DNA of 63,499 bases, filler included, from Chiloscyllium plagiosum (Eukaryota), in NCBI RefSeq assembly GCF_004010195.1. It is 5 parts of one record of this genome, joined end to end, with 100 filler letters (N's around TTAATTAATTAA, not from the genome) between each part and the next. Parts side by side here need not be neighbours in the genome. Positions count along the whole stretch, not along the records: positions 49,354 to 58,422 come from NC_057714.1; positions 58,523 to 63,499 come from NC_057714.1; 3 more parts are not named here. One strand, 5' to 3'. The notes beneath the pieces were generated by a model. That model worked only from the letters and a program-made list of their open reading frames with translations. It was not told the DNA's origin and did not search any database. Positions 51,720 to 62,883 of this stretch are shown piece by piece (position 1 is the stretch's first letter; every line of letters begins with the position of its first letter). The position numbers were made by a program, and so were the translations under genes.

Positions 51720-52202
51720 CATAGGGACTGACCTGACCTCCCAGTCACCGCTCATTTCAATTTCCCTTCCCACTCCCTTTCCCACATGACCATCCTTGGC
51801 CTCCTCCATTGCCACAACAAACCACAGCCCCTGTTGGAGGAACAACACCTCATCAACCCCCTGGGCAGCCTCCAGCCCGGAGGACTCGACACTGAGTTCT
51901 CCAATTTCACATAACCTCCCTCCCCATCCCCCAACTCCATTCCCAGCCCCTCCCCCTCCCTTCCACTGCCACCAGCCGGATTCCATCCTCCCATTGACCA
52001 ACCAGGTTGTACCCTCTACCTGTCGTCGCCCATCCCCACTTCACCACCTGCCTCTGCCACCCCCTTTACCTGCAGCTCCCCCCGACACCCACCCTCAGTC
52101 CTGAAGAAGGGTTACACCTCCTGAGGCTGCCTGGCTTGCTGTGTTCCTCCAGCCACCTGCCTGTCTTCTTTGGGTTCCAGCATCTACAGTTTGGTTTTGT
52201 CT
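51720..52202 (+). mobile_element. Penelope-like element 3' end, inserted in a tRNA-derived SINE
   Basis: 51732-51914 reads PDLPVTAHFNFPSHSLSHMTILGLLHCHNKPQPLLEEQHLINPLGSLQPGGLDTEFSNFT*, typical of the PLE GIY-YIG C-terminus. It is followed by CTGAAGAAGGG and the GCTGCCTGGCTTGCTGTG terminal motif. Confidence 0.8.
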
Positions 52203-52936
52203 CAGACCAGGTGAGGATGACAGTTTCCTTCCCGAAAGGACATTATGAACCAGATGAGGTTTTTTTTTCAAACTAACAATGGCTACCTGGTCACCATTAG
52301 ATCCCAGATTTTCTTCCCTTTCTAAGTGAATTTCACCATCTCTCATGGTGGGTTCTGAACCCATTCCCCACGGCGTTAACGAGGGGGAGTTTCCGCAGTG
52401 CTGACCCTCCCCCTCCTCCCCTGGGGGCCTGATTGGGACCCGATCCAGTGAGCTTTCTGGCTGGTCTTTATGGGGAGGCATCGCAGTGTTCGTGACTCCT
52501 GCCTTCACAGGTACCCTCCAACAGGGGGAGCAGTGATCCCGAACTAGGGGAAAACACCAATAAACGTTCAGCAGGAGCGTTATCCGCCCAGTCCCCGGTA
52601 TTGGTGATTCATCCAATCAAAGGCTTTCATGGGCAGCATAGAGGGGTCCTCACCGTCCAAGTATATGGCAGGACAGCACCGAAACTGGGTTTTAAATGCT
52701 TTCATGGATACCCGAAGATGGATCACCTCTTTTCCTCAAAATTAGCTCCTTGGGATGTTTACAATGTGGATTGGGAAGTGGGGGAGGGACATTGAGGCAA
52801 CCTCCACCCTCTCCCACCTGCCCCCAACTAAGAACCCTCAGAGGGGTATCCCTACCACACTTGCCAGGCCCAGGGTGTGGCCCCCACATCCGTCTGGCAT
52901 GTGATCCCGAGGAACCCCCATACAACCTCCCACAGC

Positions 52937-53215
52937 CCCTCCCAGATCACCCTCCTGCCTCAGTGATACCCTCCCAGATCACCCTCCTGCCTCAGTGATA
53001 CCCTCCCAGATCACCCTCCTGCCTCAGTGATACCCTCCCAGACCACCCTCCTGCCTCAGTGATACCCTCCCAGATCACCCTCCTGCCTCAGTGATACTCT
53101 CCCAGACCACCCTCCTGCCTCAGTGATACCCTCCCAGATCACCCTCCTGCTGCCTCAGTGATACCCTCCCAGATCACCCTCCTGCCTCAGTGATACTCTC
53201 CCAGACCACCCTCCT
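52937..53215. repeat. 32-bp minisatellite, about 8.5 copies (CCCTCCCAGATCACCCTCCTGCCTCAGTGATA)
   Basis: Direct periodicity; lies in intron 1 of the receptor gene. Confidence 0.95.
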
Positions 53216-54804
53216 ATCTCTGTGCACCGCTCTCTCCGTTCGGCTGCTTTCAGAGCAATTTACACTCCCCAACATGCTCCCCTCCCTCCTTCCCCTGCCT
53301 CCCCCAACTGCCCTTCCTCCCATCCTCTCCCCTCCCTCAACACGGTTAAGTAGTAGGCCCAGATACATCAATTGCCAGAATAGATTCGTTTGAGTGAGGT
53401 ACTCAGCAGGGTCTGTATGGAGAGCTGGGGCCGACATGATGGGCCTAATGGCCTCCTCCAGCCTAGTGACAGCGCTGTGATTCGGTGTAGGGGCCTGGAT
53501 AATCTAAGGCAGGCCCTAAACAGGTCCGAGGAAGGTCTCACCAGGATCTCACAGCCTGTGGTTAATAACAGATGGAAGAGATCGGGGGGGTGATCTCCCC
53601 GGAAGGAATAAGGCTGAGAGGAGGTGTTGAAAACCATGAGGGGGCCAGGCAGGTTCAATCGGGAGAACGTAAGGACTGCAGGTTCTGAAAGCCAGAACCA
53701 ATAGATGTGGAGCTGGAATAGCACAGCAGCCAAGGAGCAGGAAAGGCAACATTTCGGGCCAACACCCTTTGTCAGACCTGATGAAGGGTCTCAGGCCGAG
53801 ACATTGACCCACCTGCTCCTCAGATGCTGTCTGACCTGCTGTGCTTTTCCAACTTCACTTCCATTGTAATCAGGAGAAGCTGTTGTCATTCATGAAAGGA
53901 ACAGGAACGAGAGGGCATGCATTTAAAGTGATGTGCAAGAGAAGCAAGGGCGACGGGGGGAGGTGGGGGGGGATTGTCTCCTTTCACCCAGCGAGTAACT
54001 AGTGTCTGGAAGGCACTGCCTCGAAACGTGGTTCAACGGAGGCTTTCCTGAGGGGCGTTAGGTAATTACTTGGATAGAAACAGCGTGAAGGCTTATGGGA
54101 AAGGCAGGACAGTGGCTCCAGGTGATAGGACCAGAGTGGGCCAAATGGCCTCCCTCCTCGTCAGAGCAATATCGCGATTTTGTGTCGAGACATGAGCCAT
54201 CAGCACCTGCAATGCTTTGGTGTTGGTCCAAAGTGGGAACAACAGAGCCCCACAAACTGTCAGGCGACTAAAATCACCCAACACGCAGTAACAACCTCCC
54301 CCCGAAATGATCTATCGATCTGCCTGTCCCCGGAGTCTCACTTTCTATTCACCACAAAGTAAAAATAAAACATCACAGTCCATTTCTTCCTCATCACTCT
54401 GAAGAGCGAGAGTTTCTAGGTCCTGCCTTCCTTTGCAGACTAACTTTATCTTCTTGTGAAACTTGTGCCTAAAGTCCCTTCAGTCTCCTTTGACTTCAGG
54501 TAGTCAGGCTGATCAAAAGTTCCTAGACAATGATGGACAGGGTAAAATCAATCTCTTCAGCCAACTGATAAACTTTTATCAATGTTTGTCCTTTGCAAAG
54601 CCAGGTGTTTTTATTTCTTGAACAATAGGTTTCCCCCTCCTCCCCCGATATTGCTTTTTGAAAAGAAGAAAAGATTTACAGGTTTAAAAAAAAACCTTTC
54701 TCGCCTCTTTCTCCCCACAGCAGGTCCCTCAAACTCTGGTTTAGCTGCTCTGCGAGGTGTGTGTGTGAGAAACCGACACTGTATTGGTGGGCGAGAATAC
54801 TCAC

Positions 54805-54858
54805 AGAAACCGCATGAAGGACCACGCACAAGGTGCAGCCCCACAGGAGGGTCTTCAT
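54805..54858 (-). CDS. GHRHR: Class B1 GPCR (GHRH receptor-like), coding exon 1: signal peptide MKTLLWGCTLCVVLHAVS
   Basis: ATG at 54858-54856, 18 hydrophobic codons, then a phase-0 donor TCT|gtgagt. Joins in frame to exon 2 (VIGRLHPEC), mirroring the mammalian GHRHR N-terminus (..WG..FCVL...|VLGHMHPEC). Confidence 0.8.
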
Positions 54859-55409
54859 CTCAGGAGCAAGCTGATGTCCCACTAGCCCCCTTCCATCAGG
54901 TCCATGGCATTGCGTGGTGAGCACTGTGTCTGTCCTAGCCCCAGCCTTCCTCTGCAGCTGGGATTGTGAGCTGTCATAATCCTGTGTCAGCCGATAACAC
55001 GGGGAACAATAAAACCAGCAAAATGGGTGGCCTTAACCTTTGGCCAGTGGTGAGTGATGAGTTAACAAAAAGAAAATGTCAATGGAGGGGGAAATATCTT
55101 TTGATATAGGCAATCAGCGTTTGGCTTAATCATAAATCACGCCACTTTCTGATGATCATTTACTTAAGGATATTGTTAATGCTCTGACACCTGACCACGT
55201 TAATCTTTTGCTTTCCTTTGTCGTTACGTTTACCTGCTTTCACTCCTCGTCTGCCGATCAGGCTGGAAGAGGCAGAATACCTCCATAACATTTAAGGAGT
55301 GTTTAGATGTGCAATTAGGTTCTCATATGTAATTGCGATACTGATACAGAGCAAGTTGTTACAGACCTTGGAATCTGTACTGAAAACTACTAACGTTGGA
55401 GTTCAGAGA

Positions 55410-55723
55410 ATCCTTACAGTGTGGGAATAGGCCCTTCAGCCCAACAAGTCCACACCAACCCTCCGAAGAGTATCCCACCCAGACCCATTCCCCTCCCCTA
55501 TTACCCTCCAACTAACCTGCATGTCCCTGAACACTATGGGCAATTTCCCATGGTCAATCCACCCTGACCTGCACATCTTTGGTTTGTGGGAGGAAACCAG
55601 AGGAAACCCACGCAGACACAGGGAGAATGTGCAAACTTTACACAGACAGTCGCCCGAGGCTGGAATCGAACTGGGGTCCCAGGCGCCGTGAGGCAGCAGT
55701 GCGAACCACTGAGCCCCTGCCAC
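55410..55723 (-). mobile_element. HE1-type SINE about 550 bp upstream of the receptor ATG
   Basis: Full head, V-domain and tail match the other HE1 copies. Confidence 0.85.
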
Positions 55724-56019
55724 CCTCAGAGCAGGTCAAGCAGCGTCCACGGAGAGAAAGGGAGCAGGCTAATCTTTTGAGTCTACGTGACTCTTGGAAA
55801 AAGGGATTGGAATAGTACAATCTTTTTATTTGATGGACGGGCCTTTTTCTGTGCTATAGGCCTCTATGATTTCATGATTCCCACCCTCGCTCCCTGCCTC
55901 ATTCCTGAGGGAATGTTATAATGCTTTGATGTCTCTGCTGTTGTAGCCAAAGCAAGCTTCTGGTCAATGGCTCCAGCTGGAATCAGCAGCTCAGTGTGAT
56001 TAAAGCCCACGCCAGCCAC

Positions 56020-56890
56020 AACCTCAGCTGACGCTCTCAGTGCTGTGCTGAGGGAGGGCTACACAGTCAGAGGCGCTGTCCTCCATCTCACACCTATCTC
56101 AAAGCTGCTGCTGCCAAGAAATGTTGTGGAGATGCTATTGTTGGACTGGGGTGGACAAAGTTAAAAATCACACATTATAGTCCAACAGGTTTATTTGGAA
56201 GCACTAGCTTTCAGAGTGCTGCTCACTAGCTACCTGACGAAGGAGCAGCGCTCCAAAAACCTGCACATCCAAATAAGCCTGTTGGATGATAATCTGGTAA
56301 AGTGTGATTTTTAACACAGCCAATAAAAGCAGGGCGACTTGCTGCATATTTATTCACCAATCTCAAATCAGATGATCTTGGTCATAAAGTCATAGCATCA
56401 TACAGCACAGAAACAGACACTTCAGCCCAACCAGCCCATAATCCCAAACTAATCTAGTCCCACCTGCCTCCTCCTGGCTCATATCCCTCCAAACCCTTTC
56501 CTATTCATGTACTTATCCAAATGTCTTTTAAAATTATAATTACTTGATGAAGGAAGTCTTTGAAAACATAGGAAATAGTAGGAGTAGACAATTCACCCCA
56601 AGCCCGACTTAATAAGAACCTGGCTGATCATCTAACTCAACTGTTTTGACCTGCACTACCCACACTTGATTCCTTTAATATCCAAAACTTTTCATAATTG
56701 ATCAAAGAAAGAGGCCATTCGGCCGGTCGAGTCAGTAAGGACCCTCCGTTGGCATCTTACGAAGATCCATTATCACATTGTGGGATCTTCCTGTGCATTG
56801 ATTGGCTGTCATGTTTCCTGGCATTCCAACAGTTCGAAAGGGTACTTCATTGACTGTAAAACCAACTGGGATGTCCTGAGGTCACAAACC
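56020..56890 (+). mobile_element. Old DeuSINE-like (SacSINE1/AmnSINE1-type) remnant split by younger insertions
   Basis: CTGACGCTCTCAGTGCTGTGCTGAGGGAG..GTCAGAGGCGCTGTC at about 56028 and TGTGGGATCTTCCTGTGCA..TTGGCTG..GTACTTCATTGACTGTAAA..GGGATGTCCTGAGG at about 56779. Recognised by memory of the consensus only. Confidence 0.5.
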
Positions 56891-57399
56891 TGTCACGGAA
56901 ACATACATTCTTCAAAATAACTCCACAGAGGCCAGTATCCCATGACCAAGTCACCCTTTATTTACACGTGCACAGTGCGTGCACTCTGACCTAGCTACCT
57001 CAGAGCCAGTCCCTGGAGTGAGGAGAGCCCCTGACACTCCTGTTTGTACCTGTCAGCCAGAGTTCCCTGATTGGCCCAGGTAAACAGCCCCAATCTGGGA
57101 ACTCATACGCAATCAAAATCAGGAGTTAGGATGATGATGATTTATGAATCGATTGCCAGAAAAGCATGTCCCGTTCACTGACGTCCTTTAGGGAAGGAAA
57201 TTGCCTTTCTTACCTGGTCTGGCCTACATGTGACTCCAGACCCACAGCAATGGGGTTGGCTTATAACTGCCCTCTGGGTAATTAGAGCCTGGCCAACAAT
57301 GCACTGATCCTGCATATGAATAAAAAGACCATCCGTACCTAGACTAGTCCATCCTTCAGTGGTATCAGCTGATCACTCTCCCAACTCCAAATACAGTCC

Positions 57400-58026
57400 T
57401 AGAAATGTACAGCATGGAAACAGATCCTTCGGTCCAACCTGTCCATGCTGACCAGATATCCCAACCCAATCTAGTCCCATTTGCCAGCACTTGGCCCATA
57501 TCCTCCAAACCCTTCATATACCCATCCAAATGCCTTTTAAATGTTGCAATTGTACCAGCCTCCACCACTTCCTCTGGCGACTCATTCCATACACGTACCA
57601 CCCTCTGTGAGAAAAGGTTATCCCTTTTATATCTTTTCCCTCTCACCCTAAACCTATGCCCTCTAGTTCTGCACTCCCACACCCCAGGGAAAAGACCTCG
57701 CCTATTTACCCAATCCATGCCCCGCATGATTTTACGAACTTCTATAAGGCCACCCCTCAGCTTCCGATGCTCCAGGGAAAACAGCCCCAGCCTGTTCAAC
57801 ATCTCCCTATAGCTCAAATCCTCCAACTTTGGGAACGTCCTTATAAATCTTTTCTGAACCTTTTCAAGTTTCACATCTTTCCAATAGGAAGGAGACCAGA
57901 ATTGCACGCAATATTCCAAAAGTGGCCTAACCAATGTCCTGTACAGCCGCAACATGACCTCCCAACCCCTGTACTCAATACTCTGACCAATAAAGGAAAG
58001 CATACCAAACGCCTTCTTCACTACCA
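57400..58026 (-). mobile_element. HER1-type CR1 LINE 3' portion
   Basis: VVKKAFGMLSFIGQSIEY..LYRTLVRPLLEYCVQFWSP...WNESPEEVVEAG. Confidence 0.92.
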
Positions 58027-58422
58027 TTCTGTACCTTCTCCCCGATGGTAGAGGTTGTAGAAAAACATTGCCAGGGTGGGATGGATCTTTGAGAACGCTG
58101 ACGGCCTTTCCTTGACAGTGGGCCTGGTAGATGGATTCTATAGATGGGAGGTTGGCCTTTGTGATTGTCCGGGCCGAGTTCACCACTCTCTGTAACCGCC
58201 TCCGACCTTGAATGGTACAGTTGCCACACCAGGTTGTGATAGATCCAGGCAGAATGCTCTCGATGGTGCACCTATAAAAGTTGGCAAGGGTATTCGCCGT
58301 CACGCCAAATTTCCTCAGCTGCCTGAGGAAGAAGAGACGTTGTTGGGCCTTTGTAACCAGTGCGTCCACATGAAGAGTCCAAGAAAGCTTGTTGTGGGTG
58401 ACCACTCCCAGGAGCTTGACAC
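58027..58422 (-). mobile_element. Rex1/Babar-like LINE ORF2 C-terminal fragment
   Basis: LSWTLHV..LV.KAQQRLFFLRQLRKFG...FYRCTIESIL..IT.W.GN..LQRVV...DPSHP...LPSGRRYR. Confidence 0.85.
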
Positions 58423-58522
58423 NNNNNNNNNNNNNNNNNNNNNNNNNNNNNNNNNNNNNNNNNNNNTTAATTAATTAANNNNNNNNNNNNNNNNNNNNNN
58501 NNNNNNNNNNNNNNNNNNNNNN

Positions 58523-58917
58523 TTTATTGCTGGAACAGCACAGCAGGTCAGGCAGCATCCAGGGAAAGGAGATTCGACGTTTCGGGCACATGCCCTTCTT
58601 CAGGAATGAGCAGAGAGTGTTCAGCAGGAGAAGATAAAAGGTAGGGAGGCGGGACTTGGAGGAGGGGCGTTGGAAATTTGATAGGTGGAAAGAGGTCAAG
58701 GTGAGGGTGATAGGTCGGAGTTTCCAACGCCCCTCCTCCAAGTCCCTCCTCCCTACCTTTTATCTTCTCCTGCTGAACACTCTCTGCTCATTCCTGAAGA
58801 AGGGCCTGTGCCCGAAACGTCGAATCTCCTGTTCCCTGGATGCTGCCTGACCTGCTGTGCTGTTCCAGCAATAAAGTTTCAACTTTGATCTCCAGCATCT
58901 GCAGACCTCACTTTCTC
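58523..58917. mobile_element. Penelope-like family A inverted terminal pair with two hammerhead motifs
   Basis: Arms 58523-58676 and 58721-58875 are near-perfect reverse complements. Hammerhead cores at 58572-58607 (-) and 58790-58825 (+). Confidence 0.8.
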
Positions 58918-59146
58918 CCCTATATTTACCCCCTCACCTAACACTACGGGCAATTTAGCATGGCCAATTCACCTGACCTGCACATCTTTGGACTGTGGGA
59001 GGAAACCAGAGCACCCAGAGGAAACCCACGCAGACACGGGGAGAATGTGCAAACTCCACATAGACAGTTTGCCCGAAGCGGGAAATGAACCCGGGTCTCC
59101 GGCGCTGTGAGGCAACAGTGCTAACCACTGTGTCACCGTGCCGCCC
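58918..59146 (-). mobile_element. HE1-type SINE
   Basis: GGGCGGCACGGTGACACAGTGGTTAGCAC head and V-domain. Confidence 0.88.
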
Positions 59147-61365
59147 TTATCCATGTCCTTAGTGGGCTTGTGCAAAACCTATAACATATTGGGGTAGCAT
59201 ATTAGCATCGCAACCTCACAGCACCAGGGACCCAGGTTCAATGCCAGCCTCAGATGGCTCTGGAGTTTGCGTGTTCTCCCTATCTGCATGGGATTCCTCC
59301 CACAGTCCAAAGATGTGCAGGTTTGGTGGATTGACCGTGCTAAGGGTCGGTGTGGACTTGTTGGGCTGGAGGGCCTGTTTCCATACAGAAGGGAATCTAG
59401 TCTAAATGCACAGGGATGGGGTGGTTCTGTGGAATACTCTTTGGTAGGTCGGTGCAGACTCAATGGGTCAAATGGCCTCTTTCTGCACTGTAGGGATTTT
59501 ATGCAACTCTCTATGTCTGATTTCTTGCACATTCTCCATTATGAAAGGGACATTTTGCTCTCGTGTTCAGTACTGCAGTGCTTATATTTTCACACATATC
59601 TCTAAATTGAGTTTGCATGAAATCCCCCCATTTCACTGTATTTTAGCTAGTGTTCCCCCTTTCCATTCCTTATCCATTTTTCCATTACCTTGTCTTATAA
59701 TTCTCTTTTCTTTATATGTTATTGTAGACTGACTATATCTAGTTACCAAGTCTTCAAAGTATAAGATGAAAACGTTTTTCCTGATTCCATACTTTGGCAA
59801 GTCCATTACTACAGCTTGTTAAGGTCTCTTGCCAAAGAAGACACTGAATCCTACATCCTTCGGTGGGATTTCTAACCTAGGAGAGGCTGGATATGAAAAA
59901 CGCCATTGTAGTTTTCATGTATTTAACCTTTGTTCCTTCAAACTGCTATGTCCTGATGCAAATAACGTTTGCTGAATGCATTGATTCGTGGACTTATTTC
60001 TTGCTGAGGAACTGTTACAAAGTTCATGTTGTCTAAATAGCTAATCCAGTAACTTCTCAGGAACCTGGCGGTGTTCCATGTACAGCTATATTCGAGCCTT
60101 TTTCAAGGATGGCCTGCTCAACTGTAAGGATATTTGACTTCATTCTACAGCTGTGCTGACCATGAGGTTTAAACTGGGTACTTTACAGGGAATTACAATG
60201 CCTTTAGTGAATTCAGAATGTTGTCACCTCCAAACGTGATGGAGCTAGAAGTCTCAAATTTCTTAACCTTACTTTGGGTCTTATGATAGAAAGAACCTGG
60301 TTAAAAAGATTTCTAATCAACCCCATACACTGTGGACACGCATCCACTGTCCAATACAAACTAGGTACATTCCCTTGAGGAATAAAGATGGTATGTCCAA
60401 AACTACAGTACCCTGTATTACTAAGGATATTGACAAGAAAATAAAGAAAGACAAAGGAGGCATATACTGCATTAAGAACGGCAACGGAAATCAGAAAAAG
60501 TATCTCAAATGCAGGAGATGCTAAGGCTGCAATAAAGAAGACTAAGAGGAAGCCCGAGGAAAAGATGGCAGGTTGTGCTAAACAAATAGTAAAATGTTCT
60601 TCAAACATATTAACAGTAAATGATTAGTGAAGGATAGAGTAATCCAAGCAAATCAGTGAGACAGACAACCAAGACACCTTCCTTTGTAGATAGTGTTTAT
60701 TGATTACACAGTCTTACAGCTCCCTCCACCCCACAGTGCTTCCTTTGTATTGTATATGTGCTCAGACAATTAATAGACACCACCTTCTTCTTAGAACAAA
60801 GTGAGGTCTGCAGAGTCGAGAGTGTGTTGCTGGAAAAGCACAGCAGGTCAGGCAGCATCCGAGGAGCAGGAAAACCAACGTTTTGGGCCGGAGCCCTTCA
60901 TCAGGAATGAGGCTGACAGCCTTGGGGATGGAGAGATAAATAGAAGGAGGGGTGGGGCTGGGAAGAACGTAGCTCTTAGCTACCTTCTGAGGATTCCTGA
61001 TGAAGGGCTCCAGCCTGAAACGTTGATTCTCCTGCTCCTCGGATGCTGCCTGACCTGCTGTGCTTTTCCAGCAACACACTCTCGACCATCTTCTTAACCT
61101 TAAATAAAGAGATGAACAAACTTAACAACATGATTGACCAGGTGGGAACAGGCAGCAAGTGTTAGCCTGTTAAAGAAGTTATGGATAGAGAAAATCAGGA
61201 ACTACTGTCTCTTTAGCCTCACATCAGTATTGGGCAAAATGCTGGAATCCATAATTCAGGGACCTTTAGAGGGAAATCAGTTTTTTTTTTATTTATTTGT
61301 ACAAATTAGTTTTATTGAGGTTTTAACCACCTGTTTAAATAATGGAGAGCTAATGAATGTGGTGT

Positions 61366-61576
61366 AAGTGAGGACTGTAGATGCAGAAGATCAGAGTCGA
61401 GAGTGTAGTGTTGGGAAAGCACAGCAGGTCAGGCAGCATCTGAGGAGCAGGAGAATTGACGTTTCGGGCATAAACCCTTCATCAGGAATGAAAGGCTTAT
61501 GCTTGAAACGTCAATTCTGCTGCTCCTCGCATGCTGCCTGATATGCTGTGCTTTTCCAGCACCACACTCTCGATGA
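61366..61576. mobile_element. Penelope-like family A inverted pair with a 15-bp target-site duplication
   Basis: Flanked by TAATGAATGTGGTGT at 61351-61365 and 61577-61591. Confidence 0.8.
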
Positions 61577-62704
61577 TAATGAATGTGGTGTGTTTAAATT
61601 TTCTAGCTGGCAGTTCTGACACATTTCTGCTGAATTTCAGCAAGTAGGAACACAGGCGGCCTAAGTGCACAAAGTTAGCAGCTCAAGAACAGAGCATGTG
61701 CTCTGCAATTCGCTAAGTGATGGAATTCAGTGGGAGGGAAGGATTACTTTGATCTTTTACAAAAAAAGAAGTGGTCTGACAGACGGAGCTGAAGACTAGC
61801 AGCGCAGTGTAAGAGCCAAACCCTAGAAGCATAAACGAGGTGAGAAGATTGGTGAGTGTTGGTGATTTACGACAACAATAGTCACCCAAGGCTGGTATTG
61901 AACCCAGCACCCTGGTGCTGCGAAGCAGCTGTGCTAAGCACTGAGCCATCCTTTGAATAATAGATCCATGGTTCTTGCAAACTGTATGAGTGAGAGCTCA
62001 TGGCATCATTGTACAAGGGACATTCAAGTGGAGGTTGTAAAAAGGAATGATGTGGTAGTAGGGGCTGCATAGGTAGGGCTACAGATACTGTTCTCAGCAG
62101 CCCATTCTCTGTATATAGCCCAAAGGCCATGCTGCCTGCTCAGTGCCATGGTTATCTGCTCTCGGCTGGAAAGGAAGGAAAGAACTCAGTTGTTGTGATC
62201 CATGGAAGTACCAAAGGCATGGGTGCAAGGAATGAAGTTCTGCCACTGGGAAGGAGGGCAGCTAAGGGCTGATTTAACAAGCAGAAGTGGAAAGATGTCT
62301 GAGCCAGAAATTAGATCAGAGTTGTATCGGTGGCTGAAAGATTGTCATTAGAAAAATAGGTTTCCATTCTCAGGCACTGACACCAGCCTGTTCAAAGTTG
62401 AAACTTTATTGCTGGAACAGCACAGCAGGTCAGGCAGCATCCAGGGAACAGGAGATTCGACGCTTCGGGCACAGGCCCTTCTTCAGGAAAGTGTCACACA
62501 CAGACCAGCACATTCTCATTTTGGTTTAAGGTAGAACATAAGAAATAGTCAGAGTTGAGAGTGTGTTGCTGGAAAAGCACAGCAGGTCAGGCAGCATCCG
62601 AGGAGCAGGGAAATCGACGTTTCGGGGCCGGAGCCCTTCATCAGGAATCAGAAATAAGAAATAGTCAGTTCAGCCCTTCAAGCCTGTCCCACCTTTCTAA
62701 AAGG

Positions 62705-62883
62705 TCAGAAGTCACATGACACCAGGTTATAGTCCAACAGGTTTATTTGAAATCACAAGTTTTTGGAGCACTGCTCCTTCGTCAGGTGAAGTCAAGTTCA
62801 ACTAAACCTGTTGGACTATAATCTGGTGTCATGTGATTTCTGACTTTGTTCACTCAAGTCCAACACCAGCACCTCCACATCAT
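62705..62883. mobile_element. Penelope-like family B inverted pair
   Basis: CACATGACACCAGGTTATAGTCCAACAGG / CCTGTTGGACTATAATCTGGTGTCATGTG arms, with a decayed hammerhead on the minus strand. Confidence 0.7.

Noticed and set aside
54340..54384. Alternative exon 1 (MRKKWTVMFYFYFV)
   Set aside because: Weak donor (gtgaat). The 54805-54858 exon has a consensus donor and better similarity to the GHRHR signal peptide.
60213..60608. 131-aa hydrophobic minus-strand ORF that looks like a membrane protein
   Set aside because: It is the antisense reading of a Lys/Arg-rich decayed CR1 ORF2 segment.
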